Shown: positions 38,586 through 51,374 of the stretch, piece by piece
How positions within the stretch are numbered: the stretch's first letter is position 1
Layout: each line of letters begins with the position of its first letter
DNA from: Anthoceros angustus
Lineage: Eukaryota; Plantae; Anthocerotophyta
Assembly: GCA_010909165.1 (NCBI GenBank)
Contig: MU008177.1
Coordinates: 62,001 to 126,000, forward strand
Length of the DNA: 64,000 nucleotides
Direction of reading: 5' to 3'
Position numbers and translations under genes: made by a program
The notes under the pieces: model-generated
Seen by the model: only the letters and a program-made list of their open reading frames with translations
What the model was told of the DNA's origin: nothing
Databases searched by the model: none

Positions 38586-41500
38586 TTTCATGGAGCTGGT
38601 AGCAACGCTAGTAGCATGTGCATAAAGGATGGAATGTTTCCTCATTGTAGTCACGTTGCTTTAAAATTTTACCAAAAGCTTATGCTCCTTGTCTTGATAA
38701 AACCCGGTAACATGGAGACTTTACGAAAGAAAAGGAGATGGAAATCCCATTTGCCCGAGAAAAGGAGGAAAGACCAAGCCAAGGGGACTAACCCTCACGA
38801 CCGCTCATCTCGAAACTAACTACATCTGACAAGAATTTCGTGGTTAGAGATATGAGAAGGCCTACCTACCATAGAAGGCGCGCATCCCGGTGCTTGCCGT
38901 CCTATACACGCGTTATCGCGCCCTCTATATGGCGATGGACACCGTTTCGAAAGCCACAAGACAAGAAAAGGAGATCAACCCCATTATTCTTGCGATTGTG
39001 GTAAGCCTTGCAGTCAAGGTGAAGTGGAAGGTTCTTCTTTGGGCGGGCGGGCTGGGCAATGGAGGTAGGGATGTGGAGCCTGCCCGAGGTGTGGCTTGGG
39101 GCCATGAGGCCCCATCATGGTCGAAGGTGGTTGCTATCCACGGAGAGTTAGCACACGCTTGTGGTATGAAACTTCCTTGTGGTTGCAATGTGCACAACCG
39201 CAAATGACGACCAACGACTTGTGGAATGCGGATGCGGATGAATGTTCCGGGCTCTTGTCCCTCGGCTCTACCCCATTTACATGGAGTCTTGGCCGGACCT
39301 GACCTCACATCATCTACTACGGCTTGTGCCAAGCACCATCTTCACATACATACATCCAGGCTCCAACACTTTTCAACCTCAACTTCCAATCTCTAAATAA
39401 AGGTTAGGATTCCCCTAGCATATCTGGACTATCACTACTAGAAAAGGGGTGGTATTGTCACGACTTATATCACGGTTTATGCAGCCTATTATGATTTCGC
39501 ATCTTGTCACACTTTTGGTATAATGGTGGAGGAATGGTAACCAACCTCTTGGTGTTGCCGCTTATTACGGAACTACGTGAATGCGTGTCACGAACTATGG
39601 CCGTATGAGTGTGACAATTGAAGAATTATAACACTTTGTGTGCACGGGCCCGGGCGACCTTTGGACTCCATAACCATGGTTAACAATGCCTTTCAATTTT
39701 CCATTGTGGCTCGGAGAGACAATCTTGTGCTAGCAGCCGGATCGGAACAAGTATTGTATTTTATTTTTATGAATGCATGAGAGCACCCGCCAAAGAAAAC
39801 AAAAATCAACGATGATGTTTGCAAAGGAATGAAAAAGCCAACAATGATGTCCCTAAAGGAGTACTCAATCTAAGAAGAAAGAAAAGGAGATGGGAAATCC
39901 CATTTGCCCGAGAAAAGGAGGAAAGACCAAGCCAAGGGGACTAACCTCACGACCGCTCATCTCGAAACTAACTACATACAAGAATTTCGTGGTTAGAGAT
40001 ATGAGAAGGCCTACCTACCAGGGGCAAGACGCCATCCCGGCTTGCCGTCCCCATACGGCCAACGCCTCTATATGATGGACACCCGCTTCTCAAGAAAGCC
40101 ACGACAAGAAAAGGAGATCAACCCCATTATTCTTGCGATTGTGGTAAGCCTTGCACAGTCAAGGTGAAGTGGAAGGTTGCCGGAGGCGGGCGGGCCTGGG
40201 CAATGGAGGTAGGGATGTGGAGCCCCGCCGTGGCTTGGGGCCATGAGGCCCCATCATGGTCAAGGTGGTTGCTATCCACGGAGAGTTAGCACACGCTTGT
40301 GGTATGAAACTTCCTTGTGGTTGCAATGTGCACAAATGACGACGACCATCGACTTGTGGAATGCGGATGCGGATGAATGTTCCGGGCTCTTGTCCCTCGG
40401 CTCTCTGCCCCCATTTACATGAGCGTGGCACGACGACCTCACATCATCTACTACGGCTTGTGCCAAGCACCATCTTCACATACATACATCCAGGCTCCAA
40501 CACTTTTCAACCTCAACTTCCAATCTCTAAATAAAGGTTAGGATTCCCCTAGCATATATGGACTATCACTACTAGAAAAAGGGGTGGTATTGTCACGCCT
40601 TATATCACGGTTTATGCAGCCTATTATGCGCGATCTTGTCACACTTTTGGTATAATGGTGGAGGAATGGTAACCAACCTCTTGGTGTTGCAATCGCTTAT
40701 TACGGAACTACGTGAATGCGTGTCACGAACTATGACCGTATGAGTGTGACAATTGAAGAATTATAACACTTTGTGTGCACGGGCCCGGGCCCCGAAATCG
40801 GACTCCATAACCATGGTTAACAATGCCTTTCAATTTTCCATTGTGGCTCAGAGACAATCTTGTGCTAGCCAGCTTGGATGCGGAACAAGTATTGTATTTT
40901 GTTTTTATGAATGCATGAGAGCACCCGCCAAAGAAAACAAAAATCAACGATGATGTTTGCAAAGGAATGAAAAAGCCAACAATGATGTCCCTAAAGGAGT
41001 ACTCAATCTAAGAAGAAAAGAAAAGGTGATGTATAGGTGTTATAGGTATTCCTAATCCTATCATTTTATTCAGATGAGGAATTGCGTTTATACTCAACGC
41101 ATTTTGTGATCGGCATCAAGTTTCGACCTTACGGTTTTATTCTATTCTTTTCATATTCATATCATGTCATATGCGTGTGAAAGAAATTGGGTTTATATTA
41201 CATCCCTTTTGCCCTTTATCGAGTTTGGATCTTAGTTCTCGAGATAAATCCATCATTTAATACTATATATGTGTTTCCTTGGCTACATACTATTCAACTA
41301 CTTTTGGACTTGAGAAGTAACAACCATCCGGTTTGTTTGTAACTTGAGTTCAAAGATGACGACCCATACTCTCGCTAGTTTTTATTGCTTTGGCAATGGG
41401 TGCCATGATGGTGGATGGCAAGAATTTTGTTGAGCTCCAAGCGCGTGGGCACTAATAGTCATATTCACTCGGATGTCCAATACACTACGAGCAATACACC

Positions 41501-41669
41501 AACCTCCACTATCTCGAGTATGTATGAGATTTTTATGTTTGATTGTTGTTGGACAAGTTTTCTTGTTGCAATGTTGACTAAAAGTGGAAGTATATGTGTG
41601 AATTCTATAATTTTGTTTTTACATCATTTATCATTTTCTTTTTGATCTTTTGAGCCAAGTGATTTCAAA

Positions 41670-42297
41670 ATGGAAAAAAAAATCATTCTACTATATACCT
41701 TTTATTGCTTTGACAATGGTTGTTGTTATACTAGGGTGAGTGGTCATTCAACTCTTGCGGAGGACATGTTAGAACGTTTAACCATATTGAGTCAAATGTG
41801 TTATACTCAAGAATGATACGTTCATCTTCTCTCAAGTATGTACCGGGTTGATAGTAGATCGCTTGCATGATATTTTCTTAGAGCACACTTTGGATAGATA
41901 TGTGAAATGCATTTTCTTACGTGAATTAGGAAATAATTTTTGACAAGTAAGAACTTAGTTTATCTATGTGGAATGCGAGTTGTTTCCTCAACAACAAGCA
42001 CAATATCTCGGTGGATCCCTGGACAAATAACAAGTGGAGTTTGGGCGGTAGGGAGCAATGATTTGTGGGATAGTGGGAAGAATTGTGATGTAACCTTCGC
42101 TATGCGATCCACGATATCGACACCATCACATGTAAGAGAGCACCAATAGATATTCCTATTGCGGATCTATTAGTAGTAGGGGATCCGGCATTCCTTTTCA
42201 AGGAGAAGGAGTAGTGCTCTCGCAAGATGCATGGCAAGTCGTGTTTGGCGATTGAGACTACAACAATTCACCTAGATCCATGTATATCCAGCAGTAA
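41670..42297 (+). CDS. Gene B copy 15 (EG45-like DPBB), frameshifted as assembled
   Basis: Same structure as copy 1. Confidence 0.55.
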
Positions 42298-44249
42298 TTT
42301 CATGGAGCTGGTAGCAACGCTAGTAGCATGTGCATAAAGGATGGAATGTTTTCCTCATTGTAGTCACGTTGCTTTAAAATTTTACCAAAAAGCTTATGCT
42401 CCTTGTCTTGATAAAACCGGTAACATGGAGACTTTCTGAAGAAAAGGAGATGGGAAATCCCATTTGCCCGAGAAAAGGAGGAAAGACCAAGCCAAGGGGA
42501 CTAACCCTCACGACCGCTCATCTCGAAACTAACTACATACAGCAAGAATTTCGTGGTTAGAGATATGAGAAGGCCTACCTACCAGGGGCGAGGCGCATCC
42601 CGGTGCTTGCCGTCCTATACACGCGTTCGCCAACGCCCTCTATATGGCGATGGACACCGTTTCAAGAAAGCCACAAGACAAGAAAAGGGGAGATCAACCC
42701 CATTATTCTTGCGATTGTGGTAAGCCTTGGCAGTCAAGGTGAAGTGGAAGGTTGCTGCTGGAGGCGGGCGGGCTGGGCAATGGAGGTAGGGATGTGGAGC
42801 CCCGCCGTGGCTTGGGGCCATGAGGCCCCATCATGGTCCGAAGGTGGTTGCTATCCACGGAGAGTTAGCACACGCTTGTGGTATGAAACTTCCTTGTGGT
42901 TGCAATGTGCACAAACCGCAAATGACGGCGACCAGACTTGTGGAATGCGGATGCAGGATGAATGTTCCGGGCTCTTGTCCCTCGGCTCCCCCCCCCATTT
43001 ACATGAGCGGTCTTGGCCGGACACCTCACATCATCTACTACGGCTTGTGCCAAGCACCATCTTCACATACATACATCCAGCTCCAACACTTTTCAACCTC
43101 AACTTCCAATCTCTAAATAAAGGTTAGGATTCCCCTAGCATATCGCAGACTATCACTACTAGAAAAGGGTGGTATTGTCACACTTATATCACGGTTTATG
43201 CAGCCTATTATGGCTTTACGCATCTTGTCACACTTTTGGTATAATGGTGGAGGAATGGTAACCAACCTCTTGGTGTTGCGCTTATTACGGAACTACGTGA
43301 ATGCGTGTCACGAACTATGACCGTATGAGTGTGACAATTGAAGAATTATAACACTTTGTGTGCACGGGCCCGGGCGACCAGACTCCATAACCATGGTTAA
43401 CAATGCCTTTCAATTTTCCATTGTGGCTCGGGAGACAATCTTGTGCTAGCCAGCTTGGATCTTTGGAACAAGTATTGTATTTTGTTTTTATGAATGCATG
43501 AGAGCACCCGCCAAAGAAAACAAAAATCAACGATGATGTTTGCAAAGGAATGAAAAAAGCCAACAATGATGTCCCTAAAGGAGTACTCAATCTAAGAAGA
43601 AAAGAAAAGGTGATGTATAGGTGTTATAGGTATTCCTAATCCTATCATTTTATTCAGATGAGGAATTGCGTTTATACTCAACGCATTTTGTGATCGGCAT
43701 CAAGTTTCGACCTTACGCTTTTATTCTATTCTTTTCATATTCATATCATGTCATGTACGTGTGAAAGAAATTGGGTTTATATTACATCCCTTTTGCCCTC
43801 GAGTTTGGATCTTAGTTCTCGAGATAAATCCATCATTTAATACTATATATGTGTTTCCTTGGCTACATACTATTCAACTACTTTTTGGACTTGAGAAGTA
43901 ACAACCATCCGTTTGTTTGTAACTTGAGTTCAAAGATGACGACCCATACTCTCGCTAGTTTTTATTGCTTTGGCAATGGGTGCCATGATGGTGGATGGCA
44001 AGAATTTTGTTGAGCTCAAGCGCGCGTGGGCACTAATAGTCATATTCACTCGGATGTCCAATACACTACGAGCAATACACCAACCTCCACTATCTCGAGT
44101 ATGTATGAGATTTTTATGTTTGATTGTTGTTGGACAAGTTTTCTTGTTGCAATGTTGACTAAAAGTGGAAGTATATGTGTGAATTCTATAATTTTGTTTT
44201 TACATCATTTATCATTTTCTTTTGATCTTTTGAGCCAAGTGATTTCAAA

Positions 44250-44871
44250 ATGGAAAAAAAATCATTCTACTATATACCTTTTTATTGCTTTGACAATGGT
44301 TGTTGTTATACTAGGGTGAGTGGTCATTCAACTCTTCGCGGAGGACATGTTAGAACGCGTTTAACCATATTGAGTCAAATGTGTTATACTCAGAATACTG
44401 CTTTCATCTTCTCTCAAGTATGTACCGGGTTGATAGTAGATCGCTACTGCATGATATTTTCTTAGAGCACACTTTGGATAGATATGTGAAATGCATTTTC
44501 TTCGTGAATTAGGAAATAATTTTGACAAGTAAGAACTTAGTTTATCTATGTGGAATGCGAGTTGTTTCCTCAACAACAAGCACAATATCTCGGTGGATCC
44601 CGCTGGACAAATAACAAGTGGAGTTTGGGCGGTAGGGAGCAATGATTTGTGGGATAGTGGGAAGAATTGTGATGTAACCTTCGCTATGCCGATATCGACA
44701 CCATCACATGTAAGAGAGCACCAATAGATATTCCTATTGCGGATCTATTAGTAGTAGGGGATCCGCATTCCTTTTCAAGGAGAAGGAGTAGTGCTCTCGC
44801 AAGATGCATGGCAAGTCGTGTTTGGCGATTGAGACTACAACAATTCACCTAGATCCATGTATATCCAGTAA
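44250..44871 (+). CDS. Gene B copy 16 (EG45-like DPBB), frameshifted as assembled
   Basis: Same structure as copy 1. Confidence 0.55.
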
Positions 44872-46814
44872 TTTCATGGAGCTGGTAGCAACGCTAGTAG
44901 CATGTGCATAAAGGATGGAATGTTTTCCTCATTGTAGTCACGTTGCTTTAAAATTTTACCAAAAAGCTTATGCTCCTTGTCTTGATAAAACCGAACATGG
45001 AGACTTTACGAAGAAAAGGAGATGGGAAATCCCATTTGCCCCGAGAAAAAGGAGGAAAGACCAAGCCAAGGGGACTAACCCTCACGACCGCTCATCTCGA
45101 AACTAACTACATACAGAAGAATTTCGTGGTTAGAGATATGAGAAGGCCTACCTACCAGGGCCGACGCATCCCGATGCTTGCCGCCGTCCTATACACTGCG
45201 TTCAACGCCTCTATATGGCGATGGACACCGTTTCAAGAAAGCCACAGACAAGAAAAGGGAGATCAACCCCATTATTCTTGCGATTGTGGTAAGCCTTGGC
45301 ACAGTCAAGGTGAAGTGGAAGGTTGCTGCTGGGCGGGCGGGCAATGGAGGTAGGGATGTGGAGCCCCGCCGTGGCTTGGGGCCATGAGGCCCCATCATGG
45401 TCCGGTGGTTGCTATCCACGGAGAGTTAGCACACGCTTGTGGTATGAAACTTCCTTGTGGTTGCAATGTGCACAAACCGCAAATGACGACGACCACGACT
45501 TGTGGAATGCGGATGCGGGATGAATGTTCCGGGCTCTTGTCCCTCGGCTCTGCCCCCATTTACATGAGGTCTTGGCCGGACCTGACCTCACATCATCTAC
45601 TACGGCTTGTGCCAAGCACCATCTTCACATACATAAATCCAGCTCCAACACTTTTCAACCTCAACTTCCAATCTCTAAATAAAGGTTAGGATTCCCCTAG
45701 CATATCGCAGACTATCACTACTAGAAAAAGGGGTGGTATTGTCACACTTATATCACGGTTTATGCAGCCTATTATGACGGTGCTACGCATCTTGTCACAC
45801 TTTTGGTATAATGGTGGAGGAATGGTAACCAAACCTCTTGGTGTTGCGCTTATTACGGAACTACGTGAATGCGTGTCACGAACTATGACCGTATGAGTGT
45901 GACAATTGAAGAATTATAACACTTTGTGTGCACGGGCCCGGGCCCGACCGACTCCATAACCATGGTTAACAATGCCTTTCAATTTTCCATTGTGGCTCGG
46001 AGAGACAATCTTGTGCTAGCCAGCTCGGATCGGAACAAGTATTGTATTTTGTTTTTATGAATGCATGAGAGCACCCGCCAAAGAAAACAAAAATCAACGA
46101 TGATGTTTGCAAAGGAATGAAAAAGCCAACAATGATGTCCCTAAAGGAGTACTCAATCTAAGAAGAAAAGAAAAGGTGATGTATAGGTGTTATAGGTATT
46201 CCTAATCCTATCATTTTATTCAGATGAGGAATTGCGTTTATACTCAACGCATTTTGTGATCGGCATCAAGTTTCGACCTTACGCTTTATTCTATTCTTTT
46301 CATATTCATATCATGTCATGTATGCGTGTGAAAGAAATTGGGTTTATATTACATCCCTTTGCCATCGAGTTTGGATCTTAGTTCTAGATAAATCCATCAT
46401 TTAATACTATATATGTGTTTCCTTGGCTACATACTATTCAACTACTTTTGGACTTGAGAAGTAACAACCATCCGTTTGTTTGTAACTTGAGTTCAAAGAT
46501 GACGACCCATACTCTCGCTAGTTTTTATTGCTTTGGCAATGGGTGCCATGATGGTGGATGGCAAGAATTTTGTTGAGCTCCAAGCGCACGTGGGCACTAA
46601 TAGTCATATTCACTCGGATGTCCAATACACTACGAGCAATACACCAACCTCCACTATCTCGAGTATGTATGAGATTTTTATGTTTGATTGTTGTTGGACA
46701 AGTTTTCTTGTTGCAATGTTGACTAAAAGTGGAAGTATATGTGTGAATTCTATAATTTTGTTTTTACATCATTTATCATTTTCTTTTTGATCTTTTGAGC
46801 CAAGTGATTTCAAA

Positions 46815-47435
46815 ATGGAAAAAAAATCATTCTACTATATACCTTTTATTGCTTTGACAATGGTTGTTGTTATACTAGGAGTGAGTGGTCATTCAACTCT
46901 TCGGAGGACATGTTAGAACGTTTAACCATATTGAGTCAAATGTGTTATACTCGGCGTAATACGTTTCATCTTCTCTCAAGTATGTACCGGGTTGATAGTA
47001 GATCATGTTGCATGATATTTTTCTTAGAGCACACTTTGGATAGATATGTGAAATGCATTTTCTTACGTGAATTAGGAAATAATTTTGACAAGTAAGAACT
47101 TAGTTTATCTATGTGGAATGCAGGCGTAGTTGTTTCCTCAACAACAAGCACAATATCTCGGTGGATCCTGGACAAATAACAAGTGGAGTTTGGGCGGTAG
47201 GGAGCAATGATTTGTGGGATAGTGGGAAGAATTGTGATGTAACCTTCGCTATGCGGTGATATCGACACCATCACATGTAAGAGAGCACCAATAGATATTC
47301 CTATTGCGGATCTATTAGTAGTAGGATCCCATTCCTTTTCAAGGAGAAGGAGTAGTGCTCTATAAGATGCATGGCAAGTCGTGTTTGGCGATTCGAGACT
47401 ACAACAATTCACCTAGATCCATGTATATCCAGTAA
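46815..47435 (+). CDS. Gene B copy 17 (EG45-like DPBB), frameshifted as assembled
   Basis: Same structure as copy 1. Confidence 0.55.
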
Positions 47436-48819
47436 TTTCATGGAGCTGGTAGCAACGCTAGTAGCATGTGCATAAAGGATGGAATGTTTCCTCATTGTAG
47501 TCACGTTGCTTTAAAATTTTTACCAAAAAGCTTATGCTCCTTGTCTTGATAAAACCAGTAACATGGAGACTTTACGAAAGAAAAGGAGATGGGAAATCCC
47601 ATTTGCCCCAAGAAAAAAAGGAGGAAAGACCAAGCCAAGGGGGACTAACCCTCACGACCGCTCATCTCGAAACTAACTACATACAGCGCGAAGAATTTCG
47701 TGGTTAGAGATATGAGAAGGCCTACCTACCACAGGGACGCGCATCCCAGTGCTTGCCGTCCTATACACGCGTTCGCGCCTCTATATGGCGATGGACACCC
47801 GTTTCAAGAAAGCCACAGACAAGAAAGGGAGATCAACCCCATTATTCTTGCGATTGTGGTAAGCCTTGGCACAGTCAAGGTGAAGTGGAAGGTTGCTGCG
47901 GAGGCGGGGGGCTGGGCAATGGAGGTAGGGATGTGGAGCCCCGCCGTGGCTTGGGGCCATGAGGCCCCATCATGGTCCGAAGGTGGTTGCTATCCACGGA
48001 GAGTTAGCACACGCTTGTGGTATGAAACTTCCTTGTGGTTGCAATGTGCACAAAGCGCAAATGGCGACCAGCGACTTGTGGAATGCGGATGCGGGATGAA
48101 TGTTCCGGGCTCTTGTCCCTCGGCTCTGCCCCCATTTACATGAGCCGGTCTTGGGACACACCTCACATCATCTACTACGGCTTGTGCCAAGCACCATCTT
48201 CACATACATACATCCAGCTCCAACACTTTTCAACCTCAACTTCCAATCTCTAAATAAAGGTTAGGATTCCCCTAGCATATACGCAGACTATCACTACTAG
48301 AAAGGGTGGTATTGTCACACTTATATCACAGTTTATGCAGCCTATTATGGCGGTGCTACGCATCTTGTCACACTTTTGGTATAATGGTGGAGGAATGGTA
48401 ACCAACCTCTTGGTGTTGCAATCGCTTATTACGAACTACGTGAATGCGTGTCACGAACTATGACCGTATGAGTGTGACAATTGAAGAATTATAACACTTT
48501 GTGTGCACGGGCCCGACCTGGACTCCATAACCATGGTTAACAATGCCTTTCAATTTTCCATTGTGGCTCAGAGAGACAATCTTGCTAGCTTACGGATCTT
48601 TGGAACAAGTATTGTATTTTGTTTTTATGAATGCATGAGAGCACCCGCCAAAGAAAACAAAAATCAACGATGATGTTTGCAAAGGAATGAAAAAAGCCAA
48701 CAATGATGTCCCTAAAGGAGTACTCAATCTAAGAAGAAAAGAAAAGGTGATGTATAGGTGTTATAGGTATTCCTAATCCTATCATTTTATTCGTATGAGG
48801 AATTGCGTATGAGGAATTG

Positions 48820-48927
48820 CAAGAATTTTGTTGAACTCCAAGCGCACGTGGGCAGTAATAGTCATATTCACTCGGATGTCCAATACACTACGAGCAATAC
48901 ACCAACCTCCACTATCTCGAGTATGTA
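48820..48927 (+). pseudogene. Terminal, slightly diverged remnant of exon A
   Basis: KNFVELQAHVGSNSHIHSDVQY...TIS followed by GTATGTA. Carries gaActcc and ggcaGtaat, where array copies read gaGctc and gcaCtaat. Confidence 0.75.
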
Positions 48928-49812
48928 AGACTCGAAAGAGTTTTTTTTGAAACAGATGTGTGAAGTAGCTCCACTGTCTAAATTCCAGGAGGGATCACAT
49001 TCTTGTTACCTCTTGCAGGTGTGGAAGGAAATGATGATTCTCCTATGAAAGTGTGTTGTACAAGATTAAATGGTCTTGAAGAGGATCCTCGGCCTCGTCC
49101 TCTTCCTCTAGCTCTTCTTGTATACATTACCTGCTGCTTGCTCGATCGGGAGTCATGACGCCGACTTGACTCCTCCTGTATCAATGCTCCAATCAACTCA
49201 GTGATACTTATGTCCAAGCTATCTTCTAAGTCGTACTTGCCCATATTCTTCTTAACAGCCCTCAAAACAACATTTTTAGTTGTTACAAATGATCTGTAGG
49301 AGGGTGGTAAGGAGGATAATAGAGCAACAAAACAATTTAATTCAATTTCCATTTTGTCCTCGTTGCTACCCATCACCAGACTTCCAAATACCTTGCGCGA
49401 TCCAACTCGGGTGCTATTAAATCTTGTAACAAGTAAAGAGCATTCTTGTGTCTTCTGGACCACTCGACCCCGTTAGGTTGTTGATATCGCTCCTCCAACA
49501 AAACACTGAGTTCCTCAGCCCAAAGATTGTCCCAAATATACTTCCTTGCCAGTTTAATTGCACTCCGCAGCTCTCGATATCGAGGAAACCCATTCCAAGT
49601 AGCCAAGCGACGCCACTTTGCCCAATGTTTGTCCATTGTTTTATCAAACGGGATGTACCGTCTTGCCATACAATCCTTCCCCAAACTCAAATGCCCGCAA
49701 CACCTAAGCTAACACCAGGAATCAACTTGGCTTTTGTTCCGATCGAAATTCTAATGTACCACAAGTTTGTTCCCGATGTAAGCTCAGTTTGTTCAACCAA
49801 CTGGTGAACGCG

Positions 49813-49826
49813 TGGCTCTGATACCA
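49813..49826 (-). promoter_or_regulatory. Primer-binding site complementary to initiator tRNA-Met
   Basis: Plus-strand TGGCTCTGATACCA is TGGTATCAGAGCCA on minus, 3 nt inside the LTR end. Confidence 0.92.
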
Positions 49827-49829
49827 AAA

Positions 49830-50024
49830 TGTAAACAAGTCCCATCACGAGGAGTTTTAATAACTACTATAAACTGCACTAGAACTAAACCACAGTTTCA
49901 CTTACACCTCTCCCACATCCCTTCGGCATGCCTGCCTACTCACACCTTGTTCTAAAGGAACTACGACCCTTCGGTATGCCTGCCTTCTCATGTGCCTGAT
50001 CCCAACCCGTCGTCATCGGTTACA
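49830..50024 (-). mobile_element. Probable 5' LTR (~195 bp)
   Basis: Bounded by TGTAA...TTACA inverted termini next to the PBS. Contains a 24-bp direct repeat at 49919-49942 and 49967-49990. Outer boundary inferred from the termini only. Confidence 0.65.
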
Positions 50025-50050
50025 ACTGATCCCTTTACTGTCAGAGGCAA

Positions 50051-51374
50051 GGTGAGGGATAGCTATTCTATGGTGTTCTTGATGTCTTCCAGGAACAGCT
50101 GACTCCTTGGCACCTGTAAGGCGAGCAATGACAAAATAAGAATAGAGGTTAGACATAATTTATGGGTTACAATGGCTGGCTTACAGGCGTAGGAGATCTT
50201 ACTCTCCTTCTCAGCTGGTGGTGTCTCTTCTAACATCTTCATTGAATGGATTGTAATTGATTGCTTCTTCAGACGACGAGGATAGCTCCACCACTGTAGG
50301 AAAATGGACACTTTGGCTGGACATAGAGTGTTGTTGAGACATTGCCATATACTGTGCAGGGGGCCTTCTTTGGTTTTCAGCAGCTGAAGCTAATGTCTGC
50401 ATGCTCCTCATAGCCCCAGAGGCGGCAGACCTGGACATTTCCATCTCTTCATCGTCGCTGGACAAAGAGTTCTCAGTTATTTCATCTTAAGTGGATGTTC
50501 TTGCTGCAGGGGCTGCAAGCCTATTGTACATTGACGCCTTCTCCACTTCCGAGGTCATTGTCACAACACTTGCCACAAAGATGAGATGCGGGCGCCTCTT
50601 CAATGCATCCTGCGCGGTGGATGGCATGGCTGCAGCGCACCAAGATTGATTGACACAAGAACGGCGAGAATGAGAGGATTACCCTAGCGATTGAGGTGCT
50701 GCGACCTGGTAGCGCAAGCGAGCCAGGTGAGGATAGCTATTCTATGGTGTTCTTGATGTCTTCCAGAACAACACTGCACCAAGGCGAGCAATGACAAAAT
50801 AAGAATAGAGGTTAGACATAATTTATGGGTTACAATGGCTTACAGCGAGGAGATCTTACTCTCTTCTCTTGGTGGTGTCTCTTCTAACATCTTCATTGAA
50901 TGGATTGTAATTGATTGCTTCTTGAATTTGAGAGGATAGCTCCACCACCGTAGGAAAATGGACACTTCGGACATAGAGTGTTGTTGAGACATTGCCATAT
51001 ACTGCGCGGGGGCCTTCTTTGGTTTTCAGCAGCTGAAGCTAATGTCTGCATGCTCCTCATAGCCCCAGAGGCGGCAGACCTGGACATTTCCATCTCTTCA
51101 TCGTCGCTGGACAAAGAGTTCTCAGTTATTTCATCTTAAGTGGATGTTCTTGCTGCAGGGGCTGCAAGCCTATTGTACATTGACGCCTTCTCCACTTCCG
51201 AGGTCATTGTCACAACACTTGCCACAGCATGAGATGCGGGCGCCTGCCCCTCTTCAACAGATCCTGCATCATGGATGGCATGGCCTGCAGGCGCACCAAG
51301 ATTGATTGACACAAGAACAGATGCGAGAATGAGAGGATTACCCCAGCGATTGGAGGTGCTGCGACCTGGTAGCG
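50051..51374. repeat. Tandem duplication of a ~660-bp segment holding fragments of an unidentified minus-strand ORF
   Basis: 50051-50714 repeats at 50726-51374. Both encode SSDDEEMEMSRSAASGAMRSMQTLASAAENQRRPP (ORFs 50211-50465 and 50893-51114). Confidence 0.9.

Larger units (their letters stand above)
2418..48927 (+). repeat. Head-to-tail tandem array of a ~2.58-kb unit (CACTA end + exon A + EG45-like gene B + segment C)
   Basis: Anchor CACTACTAGAAA at 2518, 5107, 7694, 10267, 13996, 16580, 19188, 21063, 23642, 26544, 29106, 31689, 34290, 36871, 39433, 40567, 43154, 45716 and 48292. Spacing is 2562-2608 bp, except 3729, 1875, 2902 and 1134 where internal duplications or deletions are visible. 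Confidence 0.97.
48928..50024 (-). mobile_element. Truncated Ty1/copia LTR retrotransposon: 5' LTR, PBS, frameshifted gag and start of protease
   Basis: Minus strand: gag-like VALLSSLPPSYRSFVT, LIGALIQEESSRR and RGRGRGRG (ORFs 49373-49690 and 48978-49463), then protease motif WNLDSGATSHICF at 48949-48987. Protease directly after gag fits the copia order. Ends at the array. Confidence 0.88.

Noticed and set aside
2418-48927. CRISPR-like or diversity-generating array (conserved blocks alternating with variable spacers)
   Set aside because: Eukaryotic context, 2.6-kb period, and the variable spots are indel variants of one sequence rather than unique spacers. No cas or reverse transcriptase gene.
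2418-48927. rDNA, 5S or snRNA tandem array
   Set aside because: No recognisable 5S, 18S/5.8S/25S or U snRNA sequence in the unit on either strand.
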